DNA of 64,000 nt from positions 5,952,001-6,016,000 of the forward strand of contig JBHGNT010000002.1 in assembly GCA_043228905.1 (NCBI GenBank), read 5' to 3'. This DNA comes from Azolla caroliniana (Eukaryota; Plantae; Polypodiophyta). A program made the position numbers and the translations under genes. Within the stretch, counting starts at the first letter, position 1. The number at the start of each line of letters is the position of its first letter. Of the stretch, positions 1 through 12,217 are shown piece by piece. Below the pieces are notes generated by a model that saw only the letters and a program-made list of their open reading frames with translations, ran no database searches and had not been told where the DNA came from.

Positions 1-16
1 TCGCTTTGATACCAAA

Positions 17-566
17 TGTTGAATAATATGAAGTTATTGCGGAATGTTGAGAACCTATGAGTGAACCAATGAAGACAAGGAATAGTATGAAGAACAAGAG
101 AAGTAGACCATTACACAGAGTTGTTGCTCAAGAGACTATCTTCTTATTTTCACCTGCAAAATTATGTTACAATACTTAGTCTCTCACATATATAGTTAGG
201 GTAACTTAGCCCTCATTGTGAGGACATGTTCACACTAGGATAGAAATGGGTGGAGTGCGACTTTTAGCCCAACAATGAATATGCTATACAAATTTGGTAG
301 GACAGATTGTCAATCCATCATGACTCCTCTGGACAAGAACGAAAAGCTTCGCCACAATCTACTGTTGGCTTGCGATCCAACAAGATTCTAGTAGATTACC
401 GGAAGCCTCATCTGTATGACGATCACGTGGCTAGACCTCAATCATCTGGTCCGCGTGATAAGTCAATTCTTGTCGATGCCGACGCTCGAGCACCTTCAAT
501 GTGTGCATCGAAGATTGCGTTATGTCAGTAGCACAAAGAACCGTGGGTTGCTGTGTCGGCCCAACA
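17..566 (-). mobile_element. Probable 5' LTR of a minus-strand Ty1/Copia element that continues left of the window
   Basis: GCTTTGATACCA at 3-14 is the reverse complement of the tRNA-iMet PBS TGGTATCAAAGC. The segment is bounded by TGTTG (17) and CCAACA (566), and Copia RNase H sequence begins right after. The far end is uncertain (alternative AACA at 274). Confidence 0.6.
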
Positions 567-574
567 TAACCGAA

Positions 575-1269
575 TAGTTAGCTAGCTATACGGACGCCGA
601 TTGGAGTGGAAATGCTAGCAATCACTGATCAACATCTGGCTATGCCTTCTCCTTGAGGAGTGTGGTGATCACTTGGTGCAACAAAAAGTAGCTGACAGTA
701 GCACTATCGAGCATTGAGGCCGAATATAAACGAGCGGTTGTCACTTCATGCAAGACCATATAGCTCAAGTGGCTATTGAAGGATGTGCAAGTGGAGGTTG
801 TCGATCCAGTGTCGATCTATTGTGACAACTTGAGTAGCATCAAGCCTGCGAAGAACCCAGTCTTCCATGCTCGCCTAAACACATACAAGTAAATTATCAC
901 TTTGTGCATGATCGCGCTCTCAGTTGTAAAGTCGAACTAAGTTATATTCATACCTATTGGCAAGTGGCCGATATCTTCACCAAGCCCCTTGGACTCAACA
1001 AGTTACAACACTTCTTGGAGATGCTTGTTTTGCAGCATCTTGATGCGTTGTACTTCAGTGGGAGAGAAGAAGAAGTTGATAAGAGGAGAATAGAAGGAAG
1101 CACACTGGCTAGGAAGAGACTTGCTCACAAGGGAAGCAACAGAGAAGATGGGCCAAAGTTGGAGCCAACAAAAGGCAAGGGGAGAGCCGATGGAGAAGAT
1201 GAATTGGAAACAACCGATTCAGATAAAGGTGATGATTCGGATGAGCCAAATCGTGTAAGCGCCAGATAA
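575..1269 (+). pseudogene. Degenerate Copia RNase H with charged C-terminal tail
   Basis: Translations show YTDADWSGN...STSGYAF, VALSSIEAEY, IYCDNLSSI, NPVFHAR and QVADIFTKPLG, broken by stops and frameshifts. Confidence 0.85.
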
Positions 1270-1466
1270 AGAAGAGGGCACCAAAGCCGTAGAGGTGGGA
1301 AGAAGGCTGATGAAGACCTAAGGAGCAAACAAGCCGACCAGACGAGTCGAGGAGCGTAGGACTAGACAAGTCGTGGAGCATGGGCCAAGAGGGGAGTTAA
1401 CAAAAGGAGCTGGAGTGGAGGACCGGTTGTAGCGAATGGCAACCTCAAGTTGAGCTTGAGGGGGAG

Positions 1467-2591
1467 TGTTGAGTGACAAGCTCAACATGAGCCGAATCGG
1501 CTAAAGGCAAAAACTCTTAGTCAACTGAAGAAGCTAAAAGCTGGATTGGCTAAAGCCGTTGACAGGCTGTGTATGCTAGATCGACAAATAACTGGACATG
1601 CTACTAGGGCCTATATTCTTTTTTTTTTACAAAAAAAAATACTACATTAGTATTAGAAAACGCCATAAGGCTAAACATACAAGATATACCACCGATCCCC
1701 TATGTTTTTCTAAATTCTAACCATCGGCTTAAATAAACACTTCGGTGTTGAGCAAAACCACTCCGGGTGAAAGCATGGGAATGGGAACAATTAGCTATGT
1801 CCTTGACATAGCTAATTAGCTATCTAAAAAGCTACATGTAATCTGTATATTTTGGCATTTTTAGGGATGATTAGAATTTGATCTCAAATAAAGACTAGCT
1901 AAACGGTGGACCATAAATGGTAATATTTCCATCCCCATCATAAATGATATGTATCTTTAAGATCTTCCAACTAAAAATTAGCTATAAAAAAAACTATTTA
2001 GCTGTGGTCAATTTACCAGCTAAATAGCTATAATAGTGTTTCCATTCGCATGCTTTCACCCCTCCACCTTATCAAAACGTCGTCTATAAAATATAGGTAT
2101 GTCCCAAATGGCATGAAACTCCACATGCCTAAGCTCCGCTTGATGCGTATTACCTTTTCTACTATCCAAAATCCCTTTGAGATTATGCACAATCTCTATC
2201 CAAATTGCCGAAATAATTTGGGCAGGTCTTTCAGTCACATTTAGAAATATCTTCAAACATCGAGCCTTCCAAATATACCAAATTGTAATACGATTTACCA
2301 ATTGTAGGGCCTATATTCTTATTTTGGTAATAGGAATATTATAGACAAGTTAGTGTCAGAGCTCACTTATGAGCATTGAAGTACTAGTCAATACTTGTGT
2401 CAGCCACTGTGAGGGGCTTGTATATAAGTGCTTTGTGAGCACATTGTATGTACTAAGCATCTTTTGTAATAGAATTTTTTGTTCTCAGCTAAGACAATCT
2501 CTCTCTCTCTCAATCTCTATGTGCTTCATTCTTTGTGTATTGTTGTTCGGCTGAACCGGCTATGTCTGGTGTGTACAAGCTTCTACAAACA
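1467..2591 (+). mobile_element. 3' LTR of that Copia remnant, interrupted by a LINE
   Basis: PPT GAGGGGGAG (1458-1466) is followed by TGTTG. A TATA-like TATATAAG and a CT-rich stretch lie downstream of the LINE. The right end is approximate. Confidence 0.55.
1621..2304 (-). mobile_element. 5'-truncated L1-type LINE insertion
   Basis: 16-bp TSD TAGGGCCTATATTCTT at 1605-1620 and 2305-2320; T-tract (minus-strand poly-A) at the left junction. ORF 2056-2301 has the L1 ORF2 C-terminal motif IWYIWKARCLKIF. Confidence 0.85.
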
Positions 2592-2910
2592 ACTCTTTTG
2601 AAAATGTCATAAGTTTTTGCTAATATAAAAAATTTCTTTTCCACAAAAATGAAATAGTGATTATGTAACCATATACAAAAGCTTTCCTTTTCTTTAATTT
2701 TCTATGCTAATGATGAAACGAACTTATACACCATCTATGCTAATATATTAATTCCCTGAAAATGAAAAAGTTGAAAGTTATTAGGAAACATTAACGAAGG
2801 CAAAACAGTTATTGCTTCTTAACAATTATTTCTATGGATGTTGTTATCACTAATCATTTATAAAATATTTCATTGATTTTATATAATATTTGAAGACTCT
2901 AAAGGTAGAC

Positions 2911-2918
2911 TATAAATA
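2911..2918 (+). promoter_or_regulatory. TATA box of the Pro/Thr-rich gene
   Basis: CTATAAATAG about 100 bp upstream of ATG 3011, followed by an A/C-rich leader. Confidence 0.65.
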
Positions 2919-3010
2919 GGCTAAAGGAATAGCTTATGTGCAACAACAAACAAACGTATTTACACATTCTATATAGTGTAAGTGACATCTAGTGCATATA
3001 TTATAACATC

Positions 3011-4312
3011 ATGGAAGAGAAGGGTTTGCAAAATTTCCTAATTTTGTCAATTCTACTTTTTTCGACCACCTTAGTAATTCATGTGCCGTTAACGACCTAT
3101 GCTATCTCCCCTTCTTCACTTCTATATCCAAATCCAATTATAGCTCCAATTCTTGCTTCAACTCCAACAACAATTCCGACAATTCCACCAACTCCAGCAA
3201 TTCCAGCACTTCCACCAATTCCATCAATTCCAACAATTGCAACAATTCCAACAATTCCAACAATCCCACCAATTCCAACAATTCCACCAATTCCAACAAT
3301 CCCAACAATTCCAACAGTTCCAACAGTTTCAGCACTTCCAACAATTCCACCAATTCCACCAATTCCAACAATTCCAACAATTCCAACAATCCCAACAGTA
3401 CCAACTGTTCCAGCTGTTCCAACTGTCCCAACAGTTCCAACAGTTCCAACGGTCCCAACAGTCCCAACGGTCCCAACTGTTCCAACAGTCCCAACAGTCC
3501 CAACAGTTCCAACAGTCCCAACAATTCCAACAGTTCCAACAGTTCCAACAGTTTCAACACTTCCACCAATTCCACCAATTCCAACAATTCCAACAATTCC
3601 ACCAGTTCCAACAGTTCCAACAATTCCAACAATTCCACCAATTCCAACAATTCCAACAATTCCAACAGTTCCAACAGTTTCAGCACTTCCAACAATTCCA
3701 CCAATTCCAACAATTCCAACAATTCCACCAATTCCAACAATTCCAACAATTCCACCAGTTCCAACAATTCCAACAATTCCAACAATTCCAACAATTCCAC
3801 CAGTTCCAACAATTCCACCAACTCCAACAATTCCAACAATTCCACCAGTTCCAACAATTCCACCAACTCCAACAATTCCAACAATTCCACCAGTTCCAAC
3901 AATTCCAACAATTCCAACAGTTCCAACAGTTCCAACAGTTCCAACAGTTTCAGCACTTCCAACAATTCCACCAATTCCAACAATTCCAACAATTCCACCA
4001 ATTCCAACAATTCCACCAATTCCAACAATTCCAACAATTCCAACAATTCCAACAATTCCACCAGTTCCAACAATTCCAACAATTCCAACAATTCCACCAA
4101 TTCCAACAATTCCAACAGTTCCAACAGTTTCAGCACTTCCAACAATTCCACCAATTCCAACAATTCCAACAATTCCACCAGTTCCAACAATTCCAACAAT
4201 TCCAACAATTCCAACAATTCCACCTATTCCAACAATTCCACCAGTTCCAACAATTCCAACAATTCCACCAACTCCAACAATTCCAACCACTCCAGCACCA
4301 ACTAATGCATAA
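3011..4312 (+). CDS. Secreted proline/threonine-rich tandem-repeat protein (HRGP/PRP-like), 433 aa, intronless
   Basis: Hydrophobic signal-peptide-like N-terminus (NFLILSILLFSTTLVIHVPLTTYA), then (P-T-I/V)n. Good ATG context, upstream TATA box, AATAAA at 4393-4398. Confidence 0.8.
   Translation: MEEKGLQNFLILSILLFSTTLVIHVPLTTYAISPSSLLYPNPIIAPILASTPTTIPTIPPTPAIPALPPIPSIPTIATIPTIPTIPPIPTIPPIPTIPTIPTVPTVSALPTIPPIPPIPTIPTIPTIPTVPTVPAVPTVPTVPTVPTVPTVPTVPTVPTVPTVPTVPTVPTIPTVPTVPTVSTLPPIPPIPTIPTIPPVPTVPTIPTIPPIPTIPTIPTVPTVSALPTIPPIPTIPTIPPIPTIPTIPPVPTIPTIPTIPTIPPVPTIPPTPTIPTIPPVPTIPPTPTIPTIPPVPTIPTIPTVPTVPTVPTVSALPTIPPIPTIPTIPPIPTIPPIPTIPTIPTIPTIPPVPTIPTIPTIPPIPTIPTVPTVSALPTIPPIPTIPTIPPVPTIPTIPTIPTIPPIPTIPPVPTIPTIPPTPTIPTTPAPTNA
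3160..4300 (+). repeat. 9-bp coding minisatellite (CCAACAATT/CCAACAGTT/CCACCAATT) with higher-order units
   Basis: Directly visible. GTTTCAGCACTT (VSAL) interruptions recur near 3326, 3677, 3947 and 4127, with a VSTL variant at 3551. Confidence 0.97.
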
Positions 4313-5229
4313 ATTATAACACATTTCAATTCCATGGTTTATCATGCTCCATAACGCACTATGCAATTCATATTGTATCAATTGCATGTCTAAATAAAGT
4401 CATATCAATAAATTAATAAATATATGAGTATGAAAAACAATGTCTTTTGATTTTTACTATGATACAACAAAATGTGTTATATGGTGTAGTCATTGCTTAA
4501 TGTGTTCTAAGTATTTCTTAAGTGTGTTTCCTCTAAAAGAAAAATGTCCAAGATATTCACTACAGTGTTAGGCTCATAAAGTTAGAAACAATTTGTTATC
4601 CATATATATGTTTGTGTATTGATTCTTCTCTCATTCTTACTCCTTGTATTCTTATATGTATCCCCTCTACGGGATGAATTGACAAGATCCGAAACGGAGT
4701 AACCTCCAAGATTTGGAAACAATGTAACTTCCAAGATCCGAAACGGCACAACTGTTCTAATATCTAATTCAATACTAGAACTTACAATATTATTTAATAA
4801 ATAATGCTAGGAATGATCATACCATTGACACATGACACACTCGTGAGCATGGATATGAAGTCCATCCGAACTCATAGAATCACAAAAATGATTCTATGAT
4901 TCAAGCTACCAAAACATTTGATTCGACATGATCATTGATGTAATAAACATTGTCCTTGAGGTTTCTTCCTTGGAACTTGAGAATAGGTTTGGTGGTATCT
5001 TTTTTAGTACGGCTTCAATCAGTAGTTGTTAACTCATTTTTCGACCACTTTAGCTCAGATTGTCAATGACTCATACAATCCAATATGGTCTTGCCCATTG
5101 CAATTTGAGTTTTCCTGTTTTAATTCCATTATTGTTTGGAAATCTAATATTGCCTTGCCCACTTTAGTTCGTTGTCACGCTTTCATCGATGCCTTTGAGC
5201 TGGTGCCTCCAAAATAGCTTTTACCTTAT

Positions 5230-7230
5230 TTGGATATGCCACAATGCCCTCTTCACTGATGATATGGCCAAGTAATGCACCACTAGTTACGTGGAGCACG
5301 CATTTTGCGAGATTAAGACTTTAGTGGACTGTCCGACACTTCTCTAAGCATAGCTGAAGATGATCCAAGTGGTTAGTTCATTTTTTATACACGACGAAAT
5401 CATCTAAAAATACCTGCAGAAAGCCTGGAATGTACTCGCCAAAAATGTCCATGATTATTCTTTGAAACATCGCTAGTGCAATATTCGATCTAAACATCAT
5501 TACTTAAAACGACAAATACTCCCCATTCCATCACATATGTCATCTTTTCCTGATCAGCTGGGTGCATCAGGATCGAATTATACCTGCTAAAGCTGTTGAT
5601 GAAACTGTACACCTCGTGTCCGACTATGGCATCTTGTAACCCGTCAATAAGTGGTAACAGAAATGCATCTGTAATTATCGTCGCGTTCAATTTCCTCTAA
5701 TCCACGCATACCTGGATATTCCCATTTTTCTTTGGCACCATGACAATTGGGCTTAGCCATGTTGGTTGCTTGACCGGCCAAATAAAGTCGACTCCCAACA
5801 ATTTGTCAATCTCCTCTTTTACTTTCGCAACGTAATTTGGGTTCATCCGGTACCATCTTTGCTATAATGGATTCGCATCCTTACTCAAGTGGATCCGATC
5901 CTAATAAAATTTCGGCACGAGCCCCTTCATGTCTTCGTACGACCAAGCAAAGACATCCTTGTACGCCGTCAACAATTCGATCATCATCGTCGTCTCTTCT
6001 AGCTTCATTTTCTTCACAATCTACAACGGTCGAGATGCTATGACGGCTTTCGGATACGGCTCCTGTAATTCTTTGTCCATCTCTGTGTCCTTCCCGAACA
6101 CGTTGTCGTGCCTTTCGGCGATAGGTTGTTGCATGAGTCGTGTGGAAAATGCTAAGGTTTTAGATTAGGATGAGGAGGAGGAGATTTAGATCGATAGGAT
6201 TAAGAACAAATTGAAAGAGAGAGAAATAGGAAATTCGTTAATTCAATGAGTATAGTGTATTATAATAATCAACTCTTTTTAACCCTAATAAATTCCCAAA
6301 GATTCAACAACCAATTACATTTTGCTCCCCTCCTTATATAGTGATAGGAGAGGCTAACTATAGCTTACCACATGGCAAGCATCATGCTTTTTCTTCTAAC
6401 TAAAGTGTTCATGCACACTAGATGTGCATGAGTAGCTTTTTCCTAGAATAATTTCTCTAACTATAGTACTCATGCTTTTTCTAAGTATGTAATTCATGCT
6501 TTTTCTCACTATAGTACTCATGCACCCAATATCCTAGTTGTGCATGACTATGTTTCCTAGAATATATGAGAATAAACTTTTGTACAGCTAAAATCTATTA
6601 TATTAATATTCATGATGTGTTAGTACAATCGTAAGGCATGGGATTTTAACATGGAGGTACAGGGTTTGAATCTTGCCCTGTGCATGTAACATACATTTTT
6701 AATATTTTCTTCTCTTTCTACATACTTATTCAATTAGGTACTCTGTACGCATTTCACATAGTGTGTGAAGTACACTACGACAATGTATGGTGTGACCATC
6801 TCCACCACATCGATTTTGAACAATGAAACTATCTTAGGATTTTCTTCGAGGTACCGGTCCACCTCGTTGGCTAGCCCTTCCATTATATGAATTCCCTCAA
6901 CGTAAAGTGGGGTTTTGTTGCCACGTGATCCTACGTTGGCAATTGAACCTTTGTCTTCCCTTGGTTGAAGCTAATTACGTTTTTTTGCCAATTCTATTTT
7001 ATGTGCGCCGTGTGCAACCAATGTCGACATAACCGTAGTGGGTAAGCTCCCAATGCATCCAATTGTAGAACCACCACCGAAATTTGGAATGGGTATTGTT
7101 GAGAGACAACCTCAACATGAGCGGAATGGTTAAAGCCTAGCAGACTAGATTGGTTGAAGACGCCAACAGTCGAGTCAACGAAGGAGTGAGTGATGCAGCA
7201 CCGGATTCGACACATAGAGATTTCCAAGCC
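5230..7230 (-). pseudogene. Degenerate Gypsy pol remnant (protease to RT) related to element D
   Basis: TDAFLLPLIDGLQDAIVGHEVYSF and QEKMTYVMEWGVFV match D's RT. AYPLRLCRHWLHTAHIK matches D's AYPLLLGRPWLKTANIK. Split by a solo LTR. Confidence 0.8.
6104..6782 (-). mobile_element. Solo LTR of the element-E family
   Basis: Ends TGTCGTGCCTTTCGGCG...TACACTACGACA are the reverse complement of the E LTR termini. Flanks are ACGT and ATGT (4-bp TSD with one C>T change). Confidence 0.85.
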
Positions 7231-7426
7231 TTGGAACAACTGGCGAGTAGAGTGTTGTACTAGTTCACGTCCTGTGTGAGCAACCAACTATTGAGCTACA
7301 TCTGATACTCTAAGACACAAAAGGATGCTTCGGAGAATGTGAAGAGGATCTTCACAACAAGCACAATGGACAGAAAGTTGTAGCTCTAACAAGAGTTGAA
7401 TAACATCTGATAGAGGGACATGACGG

Positions 7427-10400
7427 TGTCGCGAAGATGCGCGCGTGTGTAGCTCGAACGGGACCACCGGGGTCTCTGACTAGCAAGGACGTTTACCAAG
7501 TTATCGAGAAACAATGTTACCTTGACAAGATCAAAAGATTGATGATTATAAGAAGTAGAATAAGAAGAATCAAAGATGAAAGAAGATGAACAATAGAAGT
7601 ATAATTAGAAGAAGAATTTTATATTGATGATGACGATGGTGATGGTGATTATCACCAATTGACCCCCCCAATACTCAAGCCCAACTAGAGGCTTTTATAG
7701 GTCTCTCCATGCTTGTGACATGCACAAAACCATGGGCTAAAACCATGGTTTTGTGTACACGGTTTTGACTTTTTGTTACCTGTGAAATACTGAATATGAA
7801 AAGAAAATATACGAAATGTAAAGCATGTAGTAGTAGCTTTAGTGGTATGATAATTGTTTTTTATCTTAGACGTGCAAGGTTCAAATCCTACTTGCAACCC
7901 TCAAGATGCACTCAGTGCCATCATGTACTAGGTTTATTTATTATTATTTTCACTTTTACAAGTATTTGTGTAATGTGCATGTATCCTCAAATTTTCATTT
8001 TTTCTCGAATTAAACACGCCACATCACGACATCCACCCCCACCAAACTGCACATCCTCTGGCATGTGCCAAGAAGGAAAAGAGTGATGTGGTGGGGCCAA
8101 AGGTTGTCAACATTCAATTTGCTCATTTCTTGTGCCTTGCCCGCACTGTCTTTGTCCCTCCCTTTTGAGCTCGTCCATTCCTTCCAACCGAACCATCATT
8201 GTCAGCCGATCCACCATATCATTCTCTCGCACTTCCCAATGCTATGACCGGTTGACATGCCCCCCTTGGCCCCTCCTCAGCATAACCTTTCACAATTTTT
8301 GTATGTGCCACATTCATCCCGTCTATCTCCTTGGTCAAGAAACTTTGATCCTTCATTCTTTCTCGTCCCCTGCTTGCCTTCACAAGACCTCATTCGAATG
8401 TCGATGTTGACTACCCATTGTAGTTCCTTCAAGCGCATGCTCATCTGGGGGTCTCTAAGAGACCATATTGCATGCCTCTCTTTCATCCATTTGTTGTGGT
8501 AAACTCTCGCATTTGAGTTGATCATCGTACCTTTGATCTTCACACTAGTGTCCTCCCTCATGTTAGAAGACATGATCACTTTCCGAGGTACACCTTTCAA
8601 ATCCTCTTGGCTTGCTTCGCTGTCATTGTCCATTGTCACACTTTCTTTGGCCTCTTTGTTGTGCACATTTGCTTTCGTCGTTGTGCTTCGTTTGGACTCT
8701 TCATCACACACACTGGCTTCATTCTTCGCTTCCTCATAGCCACCTTCCATCTCTGTGGTCTAATGTTGGCTCTCGGGCGCTGCCGAGGTCTCTAGAACAA
8801 GTGTGGAGGAATCCTCTCCATGGTCCTTGCTCGTTCTTGCCATCTTTGGGCCAATGTCATTGTCTATGTTTCCATCATGTGCATCAGCTCTGACCTTCGC
8901 TTCCTCTGTCGCTTGGGTCCCACGTTAATTCTCGGATGCAACTGCCCAAGTCTCTAGAACAAGTGTGGAGGATTCCATACGCCTTTGGACGATCACCTTT
9001 GCCATGTTGTTCATAGCCACCTCCTTGATGTCGTTTTTCGTGGTTACCTCCTTAATCATGTGGGCCTCACACTCTTTATCCTCCTTTATCGTGCAAGGTT
9101 CTATTAGGCTTGCTCCTTCACCACCCGACGTTTCGAACATGACGCGTGTTCTGAAAGATTCTTCGTCCCTTGGACTGGCGTTTGTGTCCTCGATTCATTG
9201 GTTTCATCCTTCCAAGATGAGAAGATGATTTGTTCTGCATTTTCTCTCCTGTGGTACCGCCGTACCGAACTTGAGCCTTTGAATCCACCACTTCCTTAAT
9301 TTGCATTTGTGGAGAGGTCTCTTCTTCCTCAACCATTGTTCGCCTCAGTTTTTGTCCCTTTTGAAGTTTCTCTTGAGCCTCACTTGCGCCTTTAAGTTCA
9401 TGAATGCCTCTTTCATAAAGACTTCTATGTTGAGCATTGTCGAACCTTCCCTCTTCGAGCTTGTTTCCTTCGGTGGTGGCATGTTGCTGCATCTTGTCCT
9501 CCTTCTATCGTCCCTCATCGGCTGTGACATTGTCAACAAGATTCCTATCCTCCTCTTGTCATGTCGTTGGCTTTTCACTTCGGCCCAATTTTCAGTGAGG
9601 CCATTCAGACCATCGTCGTCCTCGAGTTGGACTCCAATGGCCGTCCTTTTCTTCCGATCAATCGACTTGACGAACATTAAGACTTTATTCATCCCCACCA
9701 ATCCTTGTTCCCGCTCCGAGAGTTGAGCGAACCAACACTCAAACTCAATGAATGCATGCATAGCACTCTGATGGGTCTTCCTCGATGACACCCATTGGTC
9801 AAACTTGTATAGACCTCGTCGCTTCGGCTCTTCATGATCATATGCCTCTCGTAAAGCTTCTTCGAAGGACACCCACGAATCGTGAGCTTTTTGATGCTCT
9901 TTCATATCTTTGCAGATTGGTTCAGCCACCACTCGACAAAAGTACTCTAGCCTCATTGCTTCATTTACACATCTTGAATCCATTTCGGCATTGTAGGCCT
10001 CTAGAAAATTTTGGACTTTGCCTCCGTCGAAACAACCGACTTGCTCAACCATGCTTTCAATGGCTTGTTGGGCCGCATCTCGTCTTTTCCCTTCTCTTGA
10101 AAAATCCATTATCATCTTTGACATTGCCTCCATGAGCGATTCCTCGTCCATCTTCATCCTCCTCTGCCGCTCTTCACGTCGGGTTCACGAGAAGATGTCG
10201 CGAAGATGCGTGTGCGTGTGTCGCTCGAACGGGACCACCGGGGTCTCTGACCAGGGAGGACGTTTACCAAGTTATCGAGAAACAATGTTACCCTTGACAA
10301 GATCAAAAGATTGATGATTATAAGAAGTACAATAAGAAGAATCAAAGATGAAAGAAGATGAACAATAGAAGTATAATTATAAGAAGAATTTTATATTGAT

Positions 10401-10859
10401 GATGATGATGACGATGGTGATTATCACCTATTGACCCCCCCATACTCAAGCCCACCTAGAGAATTTTATAGGTCTCTCCATGCTTGTGACATGCACAAAA
10501 CCATGGGCTAAAAACATGGTTTTGTGCACACGGTTTTGCTTATGACATGCACAAAACCATGGGCTTAAAACCATGGTTTTGTGTACACGGTTTTGACTGT
10601 TTGTTACCTATGAAATAATGAATATGAAAAGAAAATATACAAAATGTAAAGCATGTAGTAGTAGCTTTAGTGGTATGATAATTGTTTTTTGTCTTAGACG
10701 TGCAAGGTTCAAATCCTACTTGCAACCCTCAATATGCACTCAGTGCCATCATGTCCTAGGTTTATTTATTATTATTTTCACTTTTACAAGTATTTGTGTA
10801 ATGTGCATGTGTCCTCAATTTTTCACTTTTTCTCGCATTAAACACACCACATCACAACA
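7427..10859 (-). mobile_element. Element F: non-autonomous gag-only LTR retroelement
   Basis: Direct repeats at 7427-8031 and 10196-10859 (the latter has an internal ~55-bp duplication); TSD ACGG on both sides. tRNA-Trp-type PBS at 10174-10190 with one mismatch; G-rich PPT-like tract at 8032-8044 on the minus strand. No RT or integrase. Confidence 0.88.
9345..10157 (-). pseudogene. Gag-like ORF of element F, continuing in broken frames to about 8277
   Basis: Clear homology to the E ORF (FEEALREAYD, FDQWVSSRKTH, VLMFVKSIDRK, LEDDDGLNGLTENW). The FDG motif near the N-terminus is typical of retrotransposon gag. Confidence 0.75.
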
Positions 10860-11089
10860 ACGGTGGCCGATTACACCTCCAAGGTCAAGGAGATCTGCGA
10901 CTCACTCAGTTCCATGAATGTAATGGTGGAAGAGGACGAGATGGTGTAGATCTGCCTTAGAGGGTATGTGGATTACAATGCATCGAGCCACAAGGAGCGG
11001 TTCTCGACTCTAGAGTAGCCGAAATAGCCGGGGGTTGTCGAAAATGGAGACGATAGCCCTCATCCCATCGAGCACGAGTCGGCGTGGTA

Positions 11090-12215
11090 GTCGATTGTAC
11101 TGGATTGATGATCCAAGTGAAAGAATAGGTCGACTAGTTGGGCCAACCTGATGGTTGAAGACAAGGCCCACTAGTCGGGCCCACCTTATGGTCGAAGACA
11201 AGGCCGACTGATCGGGCCAACCTAATGGTCAAAGAAAAATTTTGCTAGTAGGATTGAGTAGATAATCGACATAGGAGTTGTCTAATCGAATCGACTACAC
11301 TGTTGACCTGTGGGTCGAAAGATCGAGTTGACCAGTCGGCCGAATAATTTTATAATTATAATATAATAATAGCTTATTGCTTCTACGAATATGTGAAGGT
11401 AGGGCAAACTTTTAGTGTGGTGTGTGCAACTGTAGAAGAAGTAGAGAAGGTGTGGAGCAAATATATCTAACAATGATAGTGTAACAGAGAGAATGTAGGA
11501 GTCAAGAGACTTCGTAGTACAGGCATAACTAGGTGTACTTGCCAGAAAGAAAAACTTAAGTGGTGAATACTCAATTCAGTAGAGCATTTGTAATCTGATT
11601 TTCCTCTTGTATCTTTGTAATATAGTGAAGATTTGTTTGCCCTGTGGTTTCCCCTCACTTTAGGGTTTCCACAAAAACCTGGTATATTGTGTATTCTTTC
11701 TATTTTGTTGTCTTGTGTTTTCTGTTTGGTATATCTTTAGAGTCTATCTGTCTTGCCGATTTATGACCTATATCTTGTCAAATTGGTATCAGAGCTTGAG
11801 GTGCAAGAATGGAAGGAGGTGTGAGCCGTTTTCTAGGAATGATAGTCTTGAACTCACACAACTACTTAGATTGGAAGATCAAGATGGAAGATCTTCTAAT
11901 AGTCAAAGAGTGTTGGAGTCTGAGTGGAAACTCTTGAATAGGAAGGTAGTGGCCACCATCAGACAATGTGTGGACGTAATTGTTCTATAGCACGTGGCTA
12001 AGGACACAAACGCCTACGAAATGTGGCACAGATTGTCAAGTTTGTATGAAAGGAAAAATGCCCTCAACAAAGCTTCTCTGACGAGAAAGATCATAAGACT
12101 GATGTATAGAGATGGAGAAAGCATAGTAGTACACATCAACACCTTCCTAGGGTTAGTGGATCAGCTTGCAGCAACAAAGTTTCCCCTAGACAAGGCTCTA
12201 CAGGCTTTGATACTA
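11090..12215 (+). mobile_element. Degenerate Copia 5' part: LTR ending 11780, PBS, gag
   Basis: TGTCA, then TGGTATCAGAGC at 11784-11795. Gag (EWKLLNRKVVATIRQ, DTNAYEMW...LYERKNALN) is homologous to C1-C3. The LTR start is uncertain. Confidence 0.75.
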
Positions 12216-12217
12216 GT

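Larger units (their letters stand above)
7270..11090 (+). pseudogene. Degenerate Copia gag remnant split by element F
   Basis: The reading runs ...QELNNI...DMT|VADYTSKVKEICDSL..MNV.VEEDEMV across the F insertion. Confidence 0.7.

Noticed and set aside
3097-4387. Long alternative-frame ORFs ((GIV)n, (LLE)n, (QQF)n, (WNC)n)
   Set aside because: By-products of a stop-free 9-bp repeat. Only the 3011 frame has a signal peptide, TATA box and poly(A) signal.
4675-4750. Short CAAGATCCGAAACGG repeats, possibly an LTR fragment
   Set aside because: No partner repeat, TSD or PBS could be established.
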